From Curvularia clavata (taxonomy: Eukaryota), in the NCBI GenBank assembly GCA_023920165.1, contig CP089275.1, forward strand, positions 1,674,001 to 1,738,000: a stretch of 64,000 nucleotides of DNA, in the 5' to 3' direction. Within the stretch, counting starts at the first letter, position 1; every line of letters begins with the position of its first letter. Below are positions 13,295 to 25,840 of this stretch, in pieces. The notes under the pieces were generated by a model, which ran no database searches, was not told where the DNA came from, and was given only the letters and a program-made list of their open reading frames with translations. The position numbers were made by a program, and so were the translations under genes.

Positions 13295-13689
13295 TGATGA
13301 TGGGTGTCTGAAGAGGCGATGGTGCATTCGGTGTGTTGCTTCTGTGGGAGAGACTTTGCTTTGCAGTCGTTGCATTTACCAAAAATAAATACTCGAATAG
13401 ACGGCCCAATAGCATGTAGCCAGGTCAGCTGTAGGCGCTTGGTAGAGAAATAACAGTGTATTGTATGCAGACAGTCTTGGTTAGAAGCCAATGCAGATTA
13501 AACCTTGTCAGCGTCGATGCACGCTCCGCCCGAACGCGGTGAGTATCACATTGTGAGTGCTTGTGTCGACGATGCAAGTCGCCACCGGGGGCGGGCGTTT
13601 GAAGAGTGAAGGAAGAGGCCTGAGTCATGTCAGAGTGAAGGCGAGGGTGTCAAAGTCAGCTGTGCGGCATCTTCTGTAGGCTTCGATAG

Positions 13690-13698
13690 GTTGCCACC
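13690..13698 (-). promoter_or_regulatory. PACE-like (Rpn4) element upstream of UBC4
   Basis: GGTGGCAAC on the minus strand about 400 bp upstream of the ATG; the consensus is GGTGGCAAA. A related GGTGGCGA lies near 13579-13586. Confidence 0.35.
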
Positions 13699-14099
13699 CA
13701 AAAGTGGCTTCTGCGCAGCCATGGGCCGGTGAATTTTGTGGGCATGGGCAGTGACAGTTGGGCGGCCGGGCTTGTCTCGCCTCGTGCGGTTGGTTCCGAC
13801 AGCTCATAAATGCAACCGCCCCTGCTCGGCCTAGATGCGTTTTCTCTGCACTCGCCTTTTGCCGTTTGCCTTTTGCTTGTAGAAAGTCGCCGGTACTCAA
13901 AGGTACGATGCGTGGCGGAGGCGCCCTGCGCCGCTGAGACGCCGCACTTGCTTTCCTTGGACAACCCCCCGCTAACTAACCGCCTTGCCTGCGCAGACAT
14001 CCCACTTCAACTCTTCAACACCACCCACTCTCTTTACCACCACGCCCACCGTACACACGACCCACAACCCACCACACACACCATCCACACACAGTAGCC

Positions 14100-14926
<827 letters not shown>

Positions 14927-15394
14927 CCACCGGTGGTATGCGGAAGCAGCAGTAGAAGTAAGAGTGGAGGATGAAAGCATCTTTTTGTCAGGATCTGCTA
15001 TGGGATACGACGAGTTTGCGAGGGAGAGAGGGACGGTCATCAAAGAATCACATACTACTTTTTTGTGGCATGGTGATTTGACGGGAGTTTTCTGTTCTAC
15101 GACATGCATGCTGGATGGGTTTCATAGTACTTGCTATCAAGACGCTTAGCAGAACAGGTCCAGTTCTCTTTATGCGGTATATGCTTGTTCTGATGTGATG
15201 TGATGTCTTGAGCCGCGGATGATTGAACAAACGATTATCGAGCAAGACGAGAACTGAATGAGATGGAGTCCGAGACATGATTAGATATGTAATCACTTCC
15301 TTCGCTTATGGAGAACTAGCGAAAGTATTGTTACAAACTGCTGAGCCCTTTTTTTTCCCTTCCTGATCTGAAAGGCAGATCGGGCTAGGCCAAA

Positions 15395-17142
15395 CTACAC
15401 TATATTCGAGCCTGGTGATGGACCCACATCATCTGTGTTCGTCCGTGAACCTGTCATACCCTCTCTATCCGCCTCTCTAACCAACTTTGCCTTTTCAGCA
15501 AGCGTCTGTTGTGTCTCCCTCTGTAATCTCTCTCCGTATCGCTGTAGCTTCTGGCGGCGCAAAAGGTTGAGCATGTAGGATGGGCCGACGGAGGGAGCGA
15601 GCAGCGACGGCCGTGTATTTGCTTTGATATCGCGGTTTAACTGGTCGTACAGGTGACTGAAGGTGGCCTGGACGTGCTTGATGGCTATGCCTTTGCGGCC
15701 AAGGTCGTTTGTTGCGTCTGCGGGATCGCGGAGGGAAAGCATGTACGAGGGGAGGGGTTTGGCTTTTCCCTGCTGTTTGATGGCTGTTAGTATACATGTG
15801 GGGACAATAGGTAAAGCGAGGCTCGACGTACCTCGAGTTTGGCTTCGGTTGCCTTGGTGATGATAGGGTGTTTTGCCTTGTCGAATAGACCAACGGGCTC
15901 GATGGAGATGCCGTGTTTCTTGGTATCGAAAATGCTGTAGAAATTGAGGAAATTGAGGAGTGCGCCAGCAGCGTCTTGTCGTTCATGCGGCATGTGCTTG
16001 ATGCTGGCAACTAGCATCATAAAGATGGAGTATGAGCCGATTCCTCCCCGATAGACATCTGACAAGCCGCGGACGTCGAGAATGTTCTTGGCTACATAAT
16101 ACAGCTTGCGCAGATATGGGATTTCGTCCATGTAGTTTTGTACCATGGTGTTCGACAGCGATGTGTCATTCGACAGAACGATTTGGATGTCCAGGCCCGA
16201 GTTCCGGTCTTGGGCAGAGATGAGGGGGTACCGTGCATAGCGGATGACTGGCAAAAAGTACGCCTCATGCCGTCTTATGGTGCGGTTGAACAAATATTGG
16301 AGTCGGTAGAGCCATTGTTCTCGCTGCCACTTTGTTGGTGGTAGTCTGGCGACTGTAGGATTGGACGTCTGCGACGGATGCATAAGACGGAAGTCAATGT
16401 CCGACGTAGCAAAGGCTATACCATTCCGTTCTGAGCCGAAGACCTCGACGTCGTATCCTTTGAGGGAGCCCTGCACCTGAGAGCGCACCTGGTGGACAAG
16501 GTGCTGTCTAGCCCTCTGCTCGGCTTCTGTGGGTTTGGTGTATTTGTAGAATTTCTCGATTTCTTTGTCCAGCCTGGCGAGACGTTGTCAGTGTGCCAAT
16601 CCAGCATGAGGGGGTTGAGGGTGCACAAACACGTCCATAGCAGGCATACTGCTCCTGGAATCTCTTAGACACCACGGCAGCGCACTCTCCTTGATAGGTT
16701 TTGTGCTGACCATGGGCTTCACAGCAAGGCCCTCATATTCCTTCGAGTCTTCAAACGCAGCCCTCGCCACGGCAAGGAGTTTCTCGGGCCCTGTGAGCGA
16801 GACTTCTCTGCTGGCGTACAGCTGCATCTTGTTCTTCGCAATTGATGCATCCACTTTGTGCGGCAGCCAGTGTCCCTTTGCTGTTGTCATCCGCCTTATG
16901 TTGAGGGCTGGTTTTGTGCCCGGCTCTTGTTGTACGCCTTTTGCGCCCACCTCTCCGGTAGCCGCATTGTCTGCGTCGGCGCCATGGTGCGCGGGTTCGG
17001 TCGCGGTCGAGGAAAAGCGGTGCTGGTGCAGGCGCAGGCGCAGGTTTGGCAGGTGGGGGCCGACGAAATGCTCCCACAGGGCAGTTGCGGGGGTGAAGCG
17101 GTTATGGGCACGGCATACCAGGCGTGTGCGCGACGGCGGCAT
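15395..17142 (-). CDS. Non-canonical poly(A) polymerase / Trf4-Cid-like nucleotidyltransferase with a putative mitochondrial presequence, 3 exons
   Basis: LDKEIEKFYKYTKPTEAE, VFGSERNGIAFATSDIDF, RGLSDVYRGGIGSYS and LSLRDPADATNDLG (PAP-associated domain). Introns 16630-16574 and about 15831-15770/15773. The start at 17142 (MPPSRTRL...) is inferred. Confidence 0.88.
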
Positions 17143-18103
17143 GGGAGGACGCGCAGGGGCGGCGCTGGGGACGAATTGAGGGCGAGGCCTTGGATGTGGT
17201 GTCGTGAGGGCTCTAGCATGTGTACGGAAGCATGACATGCATGTCTGCAAGTCCGATGCCAAGGCGCTAGGCCGGTCTGGGGCTGGCTCAGCGGCCGCGA
17301 GGACAGGCACTCCCGCGGGCAGTCAACAAATGCCATGGGCAATGCCGGCCCAACATTGGCCCTTCGCCGTCGCGGTGCGCACCATGGTAAAGTCGCCAGA
17401 ATCGCATCCACAACCCCGCCGCTGGCTCCTGTCGAGGCCCACCCCTCTGCGTGCGCCATGAGAATGGCCTGACATCATGTTGACCGCGTCGACAAAACTT
17501 CTTCACGGAGCGGTCAAGCAAGCGGCGCGCGTGGAATCTCGAGGAAGATGGGAATGCTGCATGGCATGCCAGCCAGTTGCTACCCTGGTCGCCAACCGCC
17601 AGTAGAGCGTCAAGGCCCGACCAGCTCGGCTCTCACGTCACAGCCGTCCATAGTGGGGCGTGTGAACCATCCCACCGCCAGCCAGCTTTTCTCCCCCCAT
17701 TGCCCTCGTCGGCCTTCTGCGAGCTCCTCAACACTTCCACTAGCTTTGTCCACGCTTCCTCTGCTCACCAAAGCCCTTCGTTTGCCTCGTCTTGACCCGA
17801 CAAGCCGTCGCCGCGCCAGTGCGAAAGCCCTTGGTACGTCCCGCCTCTGCGCTCTTCGCTCTCCTCCCCCAAGTCCTCTATCTCTGCCCCAAGATAGCAA
17901 CGTCCCGGCATCCACGGCCGTCGTGTTTCCTGTCGCCTGCCTTGTGTGCTGTGTCATCTGCTTCCCGACTGTGTTCCGCTGTTTACCAATCACACCCATG
18001 CCATACACACCTCAACTGCAACCCCTCTAGCTTCGTAGCCTTCCTGGCCCATCGATAACTAACGTTTGCATGCAGCGCAACAGGTACTAAGCCGACAAAC
18101 ACC

Positions 18104-21084
18104 ATGAGTGCTCCCGCCGATGACAAGCCTGAGCGCCCTCCGATTGTGTCCCAAGATAGCACCCACCCCGCACTCCACCCCGATATCACCAGCGTACCTG
18201 TCACACCCGGCGTCCACCTCTCTGGGAAGACGGCCTACTTTGACGAGTCGGCCGACAAGAAGGAGGACAACAAACTGCCCTTTGACCCCGAGACGGCCAC
18301 ACCAGGTCCCTCGTGGAGCGCCAACTCATACTTCTCTAATCAGCAAAGAAGCGATGATGCAGGCCCCCGCGCCGAGAAGGCAGCAGGCGCGCAAAGCGGA
18401 GAGGAGCTAAAGAACAAGCTGAATGAGAAGTCCGGTTCGGCTTCCAAGCCAAATCTGGCAGACGTGGATCCGCGTGCTGCGCATCCTGGGCTCAACCTCA
18501 GTGGGCGAGTCATCAGTGCCACGTTCGCCATCCCATACACGGTTGGCTACTCTCCAGACAGCGATTGGGAATTGAGCCCACGACGCGGAACCTCTGCCCT
18601 TTTCGACTCCTTCTCGTACCTTGCTTCGAGCTCGTCACCTTGGAACCACACGCTCGTGGGCTGGACGGGAGAAATCTCGCATGCCGCCACAGCTGCGCAA
18701 CCACCCACGAACAAAGCCGCTGCACCCATCCCCGTTGATCCCAAGAAGCCCAATCAGGTGACGCAAGCCTCGAATGGCTTTCGAATCGGCCCCGAGGACC
18801 GAGCCCGACTGGAGAAGCAGCTCGAACGTGACCACGGCGGCAGGATTGTACCCGTGTGGCTGGTCGACGAAATAGACGATGGCAAAGACGAATACATTCT
18901 CAAGAACCAAAGCCATTGGAGAACTTATGCCGAGCATGAGCTGTACACTCTGTTTCATTACAAGCAAAACGAGCCAGCCGACGGGCGTGCGGCGCGAAAG
19001 TCATGGGCGGATTACTACCGGATGAACAGGCTGTTTGCAGACCGAATCCTCGAAATCTACAAGCCGGGCGACATTGTCATGGTACACGACTTCTACCTGA
19101 TGCTGCTGCCAAGCCTGCTCCGCCAACGTGTGCCAAACATTTACATTGGCTTCTATCTTCACATTCCTTTCCCCAGTAGCGAGTTCTACCGCTGTCTTAG
19201 CAGACGCAAGGAGGTTCTCGAGGGTGTCCTAGGTGCAAACATGATTGGTTTCCAGTCGTACAGCTACGCGCGGCATTTCTCATCCTGCTGCACGAGAATT
19301 CTAGGGTTTGATTCGTCGTCCGAGGGTGTTGACGCATATGGCGCTCACGTGGCTGTAGACGTTTTTCCTATTGGCATCAACGCAGTCTCAACACAACGAC
19401 AGGCCTTTGACGACCCGGAGATTGACGAAAAGCTCAAGAGCATCAGGGAATTGTATGCGGGCAAGAAGCTCATTGTTGGTCGCGATCGTCTAGACGCCGT
19501 CCGTGGAGTGGTGCAAAAGCTGCAAGCTTTCCAGCTCTTCCTCGAGAAATACCCAGAGTGGCAGGGCAAAGTAATCCTTATCCAAGTCACAAGTCCCAGT
19601 GGTCTCCACACGGACAAGAGCGACGGTGCGCAGGAAAAGATTGTCAACAAGATCTCAGATTTGGCGGCCAAGATCAACGGCACCTACGGCACCCTGGACT
19701 TTACGCCAGTCCGCCACTTCCCGCAGTATCTCTCTCGCGAGGAATACTTTGCTTTGCTCCGGATCGCAGACATTGGTCTCATTACCAGTGTGCGTGATGG
19801 TATGAACACGACGAGTATGGAATACATCATCTGCCAAAAGGACAATCACGGTCCGCTTATTCTGTCCGAGTTCTCTGGCACATCGAGCTCGCTCGGTAGC
19901 GCAACTCACATTAACCCTTGGGATATGAGTGGAGTAGCCGATGCCATTAACGAAGCTCTCAAGCAGGACGAAGCCGAACGCACTCGGGTTCACGCCGAAC
20001 TTTACAAGCATGTTGTAGAGAACAATGTTCAAGCCTGGACTAACAACTACCTTAAGAAGCTGATGAGGAACCTGTCGTCTTTTGACCAGACGTTTGCTAC
20101 GCCAGCACTGGATCGGGCCAAGCTCCTGTTCCAGTACCGGCAGGCGAAGAAGCGATTGTTCATGTTCGACTACGATGGCACGCTGACGCCCATTGTCAAA
20201 GACCCACAAGCGGCTATACCATCGGACCGGGTGATCCGAACTCTGAAGACGTTGGCCGCGGACCCGACCAACGCTGTTTGGATCATCAGTGGCAGAGACC
20301 AGGCGTTCTTGGACGAGTGGATGGGCCACATCCCGGAGCTTGGTCTCAGTGCGGAGCACGGCAGCTTTATGCGGCCTCCACGGAGCCAAGACTGGGAAAA
20401 CCTGACCGAGACGACAGACATGAGCTGGCAAAACGAAGTGCTCGACATTTTCCAGCATTACACGGAGCGAACGCAGGGTAGGCTTGTTTTGTGCACGACC
20501 GACTGAAAGGCTACTAACCGAGTTGGCAGGGTCGTTTGTTGAACGCAAAAAGATTGCCCTGACGTGGCATTACCGACGGGCTGACCCCGAGTACGGTGCA
20601 TTCCAGGCACGGGAATGTCAGAAGCATCTCGAGAGGACTGTGGCCAAGAAATACGAGGTCGAAGTCATGACGGGCAAGGCCAATCTCGAGGTTCGTCCAA
20701 GGTTTGTCAACAAGGGAGAGATTGCGAAGAGGCTGGTCGAGGAGTATGGCGATGGTCCTGGCGAAGCGCCCGAGTTTGTTCTCTGCATGGGCGACGATTT
20801 CACAGACGAAGGTTAGTTCATCTTGGGTCGTCGACTGGCGGGTTTAGTGGCTAACAAAGTCAGACATGTTCCGGTCGCTGCGGCAGTCGAAGCTGCCGAC
20901 GGATCACGTGTTTTCGGTCACGGTTGGGGCGAGCTCGAAGCAGACGCTGGCGAGCTGGCATCTGGTGGAGCCGTCGGATGTGATTTCAGTGATTTCGCTG
21001 CTCAATGGGTCTGCCGACGCAGGCAATGTTGGGGCGGTGGCGATTGTGGACGGGTCGGTGCCTGAGTCTCGGGCGGGGCCATAG
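18104..21084 (+). CDS. TPS2: Trehalose-6-phosphate phosphatase (GT20 + HAD domains), 3 coding exons
   Basis: GT20-like domain (VHDFYLMLLP, HIPFPSSE, RDRLD, RDGMN) followed by the HAD motif FDYDGTL, ISGRD, AEHG and GDDFTDEDMF. Introns at about 20478-20530 and 20812-20863. Confidence 0.97.
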
Positions 21085-21166
21085 GGCTGGCTTGCATAAA
21101 GGGGGTGGTGGCATATTCTTTGGTGGAGCACGGAGCCTGCGAGCGAGGGCACTAGAAGTAGACTGA

Positions 21167-21190
21167 GTAGTGGTAGTAGTAGTAGTAGTA
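21167..21190. repeat. Imperfect (TAG)n microsatellite in the TPS2 3' region
   Basis: gtagtggtagtagtagtagtagta. Confidence 0.75.
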
Positions 21191-22098
21191 TATACAACAA
21201 GACGACATGTGTGGTGCGTGGCTTTGGGCCATTACTCGCAGCAAGCAGAAGGAGAGCAACACGAGGCCAAGACGTGTGCTATCTCTCGATACGACTTTAC
21301 TTGAGAGAGTATGTCTGACAGATGACAGGGATGAGCAGCAAGCGACCAGGCGAGCCCCTGGGGCGCCCGAGTGGCTGGACCCCTGGCCTCCACGTGAGGC
21401 CGCTGACTCGGCAGCCACCATGGCCACGGCCACGGCCTCTGGTCCGCTGACGCTCTCGTTCACAATTGCGCAACACCAGCAGTTCGCACCACGGCTCCGA
21501 CTCGCTCTGCCACGCTCTGCAATGCCCCAAGGCACGCTCCCACTGACACGCGCACCCACGCACAGCAGCCCGTGGCGCCCCAGGCCAAGCCGCCGGAATA
21601 ATTGCTGCTCTGGGCTTGGGCCACCTGCGTCTCTCGGCTTCGCTAGCCCCCATTCATCTAACGGGGCCTTCGAGAACCGGCAGCGCATGAAACCTGCTAC
21701 GCCGAGCCCTCCTCCCGCGCCCAACAACGGCAACTGAGCATTCCCGTCCATTACCAGCCTTTTTCTTCTCTTAAACCATATCGCTTCCCCTGCCGCGCCC
21801 CGGCTTTCGTCGCTCGCTGTCCACCCATCGTTTTGGTTTTGCCGGCCCATCTGCTCAGCTCCAGCCTGCTCTCCAAGACACGTACTGGTTCGCCCTAGTT
21901 GTCCCCGTACCCACATCATTCTGATACACTGTCTGCATCATCCCAACAAGGAATCGGCTGTCAACCGGTCTCGGCCCTCCTACCGGTCTCCATCTGCCGT
22001 TGACTCTTGCTGATCGTGCCTCTCGACATCACTTCACACACACACAACTTTTCTCGGCGCGACTATCATAAGCCACGACAAACTTTACACACTTCAAC

Positions 22099-22431
22099 AT
22101 GGGTATCTTCGAGAAACTCCAAGCGCGTATGTCTCACCTCGTCTCGCTTCGCCTCGCTTCTTTCCCATTTACCCGGTCTATGTCTCATGAGCTTCCCGCT
22201 GACTAACATTGCCCTCTAGGCCTTGAGCTGCACCGTCTTGAACAGCGCTACACACGTCGCGAGAAGCGCACCACCTTCATCAGCGAAGCACAGTATGTAG
22301 ACGGCGAGTACGTCTACGCCTCGTCGCCTTCGTCTGCAAAGTCATCGAGCACCACCAACAGCAAGCGCTTCAGCGTCATGCCTTCGATACGGATAAAGGA
22401 GATTGGTCGCATGGGCACCGGACGGTCTTAG
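22099..22431 (+). CDS. Spliced 79-aa microprotein of unknown function, absent from the ORF track
   Basis: Good start context (TTCAACATGG). Exon 22099-22126, intron 22127-22219 (GTATGT...GACTAAC...CTAG), exon 22220-22431. Product: MGIFEKLQARLELHRLEQRYTRREKRTTFISEAQYVDGEYVYASSPSSAKSSSTTNSKRFSVMPSIRIKEIGRMGTGRS*. Confidence 0.85.
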
Positions 22432-25400
22432 GCACGATCTTGGGTCTCAAACTGCGCAGCGCGCTCCTACACGGCCAACAAGACATTGGCATCGTTTATG
22501 TGGCACAGCTTGCCAAACCAGCATCTCGCCCACTCTGGTACAGTGCTGCGAGTTATACGCCGTTTCCACCTGTAGCGGCCTTGTACTACGATGTTTGATG
22601 TTGGAGCTAGAACCAGCTCTATGGCCGTTACCAAGACACCGCAGTGTCTCACAACATGTGCAGGCGCCATGTTGGCAACCCGACTGAGATGAACCCATCC
22701 GCTTTCACAATTATTCATACCCGAAAACACCAAAAAAAAATATCGCTACGACATTAACGGCAGAACCAAACATTCATCGACGAATCTCAAACGACAAAGG
22801 AGTTGGCAACGGCTACTAAGAAAAAGAGCCTAGTTCCGACTTCATGTCGATACGCTGCACTCGTTTGACCATTCTTTGACCATTCTTTTTTCTTTTCCTT
22901 GTATCTACCCACACACACCCTTTTCTCCTCCCTTTCCTCTTCTCTTTTCCTTTCTTATCGCTCTTCTCCCTTAAACGTTTTAAAAAATACCCCCTTTTGT
23001 TCTTCCTTCCGGGGTCCATTCTTATACGCCTTCTCCTTCTGTCTCTCCTGTACCTTCTATGTCTCTCTCTCCCTCTGACTTGGGATCTGAGAGATGAGAA
23101 GAATATTCTACATCCACTTGGCAGGTCAGAACTTTTTACACTGTTTACTCCTCTCCTGATTTTTGTTGTTGTTATTTGGGAGAGTAGAGATGACGTGTAT
23201 CTGACCCGAGTTATATACATTACAAAAAATATGAAAAAGATTTAAATTTTTTAAAAAAACAAGAGTGTGCTGTGTTTTGGACTTGAACTCGCAGTACTAA
23301 CTTTTGATACTCCTTTCCAGGATTTGTGGTAATGTCGTGTATGAACATTTGTGTACAAAAAAAACCCGCCTCAGAGAAAATAAAAAGGAAATGATTAACT
23401 AGCCAAGCACGGAGGTGTTCTCCTTGATGCTACTTCTCTTTTTTTTTCCCTAGCTTCTTCTTCTTCTTCTTCTTTCGGCACGGACGAAGGAACGAAGAAT
23501 ATTTCTCCTGGCGAGAAAAAGATAGAATAAGGAAGCATGGAAAAGAAGGCACGAGGCGTGGACTTACTTTTTATGCCTCCTTTCTTTCTTGCGGCGTAAG
23601 GCAAGGAACCAAGCATTTCTCCTAAATACGTGGCGCTGTTAAAGGAAGGAAGCAAAGAGGTGAGTTGTGAATATACTCTTGCTCTTCTCCATGCTTCTGC
23701 CTCTTTTACATGTGTCGCGGGTTGGCGGGAAGGGGTGGTTACAATATGTATGTGTGTATAAATAATATTTGCACATCTGGCCACTTGAATCCTCTGTTCA
23801 GTGTCGTTTTTTTGTTTAAAGAAGACAGCTGCATTGTGGTCGATCTTCATTTTTTAACACATTTAATAGGACGAGCGGGCATTTCTCCTAGAAGAGAGAG
23901 AAGGAAGAAATGAGATAAGTATTCCGCTTCCTCTTTACCACTCACGGTGCTTCTGAATCTTTAGGATTTGGTGCAGTTAGCGGGGATAAGGGTACAAAGG
24001 TGTGCTGGGTGACCGTGTAGTCGTGGAAAGGACTATATCACGTGATGATCCAAACATTCTCTCCTATCGGGCTGTGTTTTGGTGGCTCGCTCAAGAGATG
24101 CAGGTAGTGGTTCGAGGGATGTCGATGAATTGTTTGGTCGATTTTGATAGAGACTGGCACGGGTTTGCAGAGGGTTGGTGGTGTGGAATGTGGGCCTGGA
24201 ATGGAAAGGGTATGATTATAGAGATAGGTAGAGTGGACGTTTGGATAGAGAGACGGGTGGCTGAATGATGCCATGACGTTAAATTAGTCATCATCTAAGA
24301 TGAAGTGTAAGAGGGGAATCGGTTCTGTGCTGTTACTGGGGTGTTCGTGACGGGACTTGAAAGAATAGGCAAAAAGGAAAAGAGAGGGTAGATTATCAGA
24401 GGCCAAAAGAAGGAAGAACAAGGAAGAATAACGGTGAATCAGTAAGATTTCAGTTTTCTTTTCCTGACAAGAGGGAAGAGGAGAAGTGGAAGTATGCATG
24501 AGTGGGGATGCTACACTGCGTAGGAGGGAAGTTCTTGCTGTTTCTACAACTAGGCGCACGTGCATATGTACATGATATTTCAACCATGCACGAAAGCTGT
24601 CTTCATCGCTCCACTACTTCCCGTCCTGATAAGCCTCTTCGTCATCCTTATCCCGCTTGTACATCCAGTCAACCAGCCAGACAAGTGGAATCCTAGCATC
24701 ACAACCCCAGCCAAATCCTGATACTCGGAGCAAACTAGCCCAATTTCTCTCTCCCATCGACCTCCTACCCAGCACTGCGATTCACTTTCTCGAAAAAAAC
24801 CCTATCCCCAAACAAGTCCCATTTGGCGACTCATGGCATGATCTCAGTCATATCTGCGCAGCCGCACCTGCACCCCACTAACGCCATACAGTCACAAACC
24901 CATCGAACCACCCCCTCCTTACCGATCGCATATGCGCCTGCCCTTGCAAGCCGAGATAACACCGCAGGTAAATTCCCAAGCGAAGAAGACGGGACATAAT
25001 GTAAGCCGACTGGTTGCTTACTCAGGGCGGCACGCACCACGTATGTACATACGTACATACGTACGTACTGGTGTATCGTGTCTGCATGTATGCGTATGTG
25101 GAAGGGGCTGTACGCATGACAACCTCTCTAGTACTGACTCCGCCTGCACACATCCCACCTCACAAGCGCCATGTTGGCATGTGCGTGCGGGAATAAGCAT
25201 ATGCGTTTGCAGGATGCTCAGTGAGCTTTGGGGATGGGGTGGATCGCATGACATGCATGCGGCGTGGGCCATCGGTGTGGGAGGCATTAGCAGGCAGAAG
25301 AGGGCTGTGGGAGATAGAGTGGTAGGTGGACGACAGAGTAAAAAAGGAAAGAAGCGAGAATGTGGAGGGGGTGGCGTCGTGCGTCGTGGTGCCTTGTGAT

Positions 25401-25840
25401 CTTGGATAGGGAAAATAAACGGTAAAGAGGAGAAAACAAGAAGAAGAAAAGGTAAAAACAAAACAAAGGATACTACGTGGACACTCTCCCATGGAGGGCT
25501 AAAAACAAACAAAGAGAAAGAAATATTTGAACTAATGTATGATGTATTGCTATGCTATGCATGTCTCGATGGGGGGTATCTTTCGATCTATAGTATGCTT
25601 GTGCAGTGCGTGTGGAAAGCTTGGCTGGATGAACCGATAACAATCAATGTTACTGCTCATGCCAGCAAGAAAGAAAAAAGCTAGGACCGGAAGAACTACA
25701 ACGCTAAAAAAAAATATACCAAAACGCCGTCTACAGATATTACCCAAGTTCTTTTCTATCCAAGAGTCGTAAGAAGTCGTTATAGGTGTATGCGCGCTCA
25801 AGATAAGGATAAGGTGGGCTATGATGCCCCAGTACATATT

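Noticed and set aside
13292..13300. Possible stop-codon readthrough giving a peroxisomal extension on GCDH
   Set aside because: The stop is TGA TGA TGA, so readthrough could not add a PTS1.
19655..20548. Long antisense ORFs over TPS2, and likewise over FEN1, CDC37, CFT2 and the ABC gene
   Set aside because: These are shadow ORFs caused by codon bias on the coding strand, with no motifs of their own.
21152..21919. 255-aa and 176-aa overlapping ORFs between TPS2 and the microprotein
   Set aside because: GC-rich promoter-like sequence with low-complexity translations and no domain or splice support.
23395..23930. AT-rich stretch with three ATTTCTCCT copies and a (TTC)n run, considered as a transposon relic or spaced array
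   Set aside because: The repeats are only 9 bp and irregularly spaced, with no TIR, LTR, TSD or transposase remnant.
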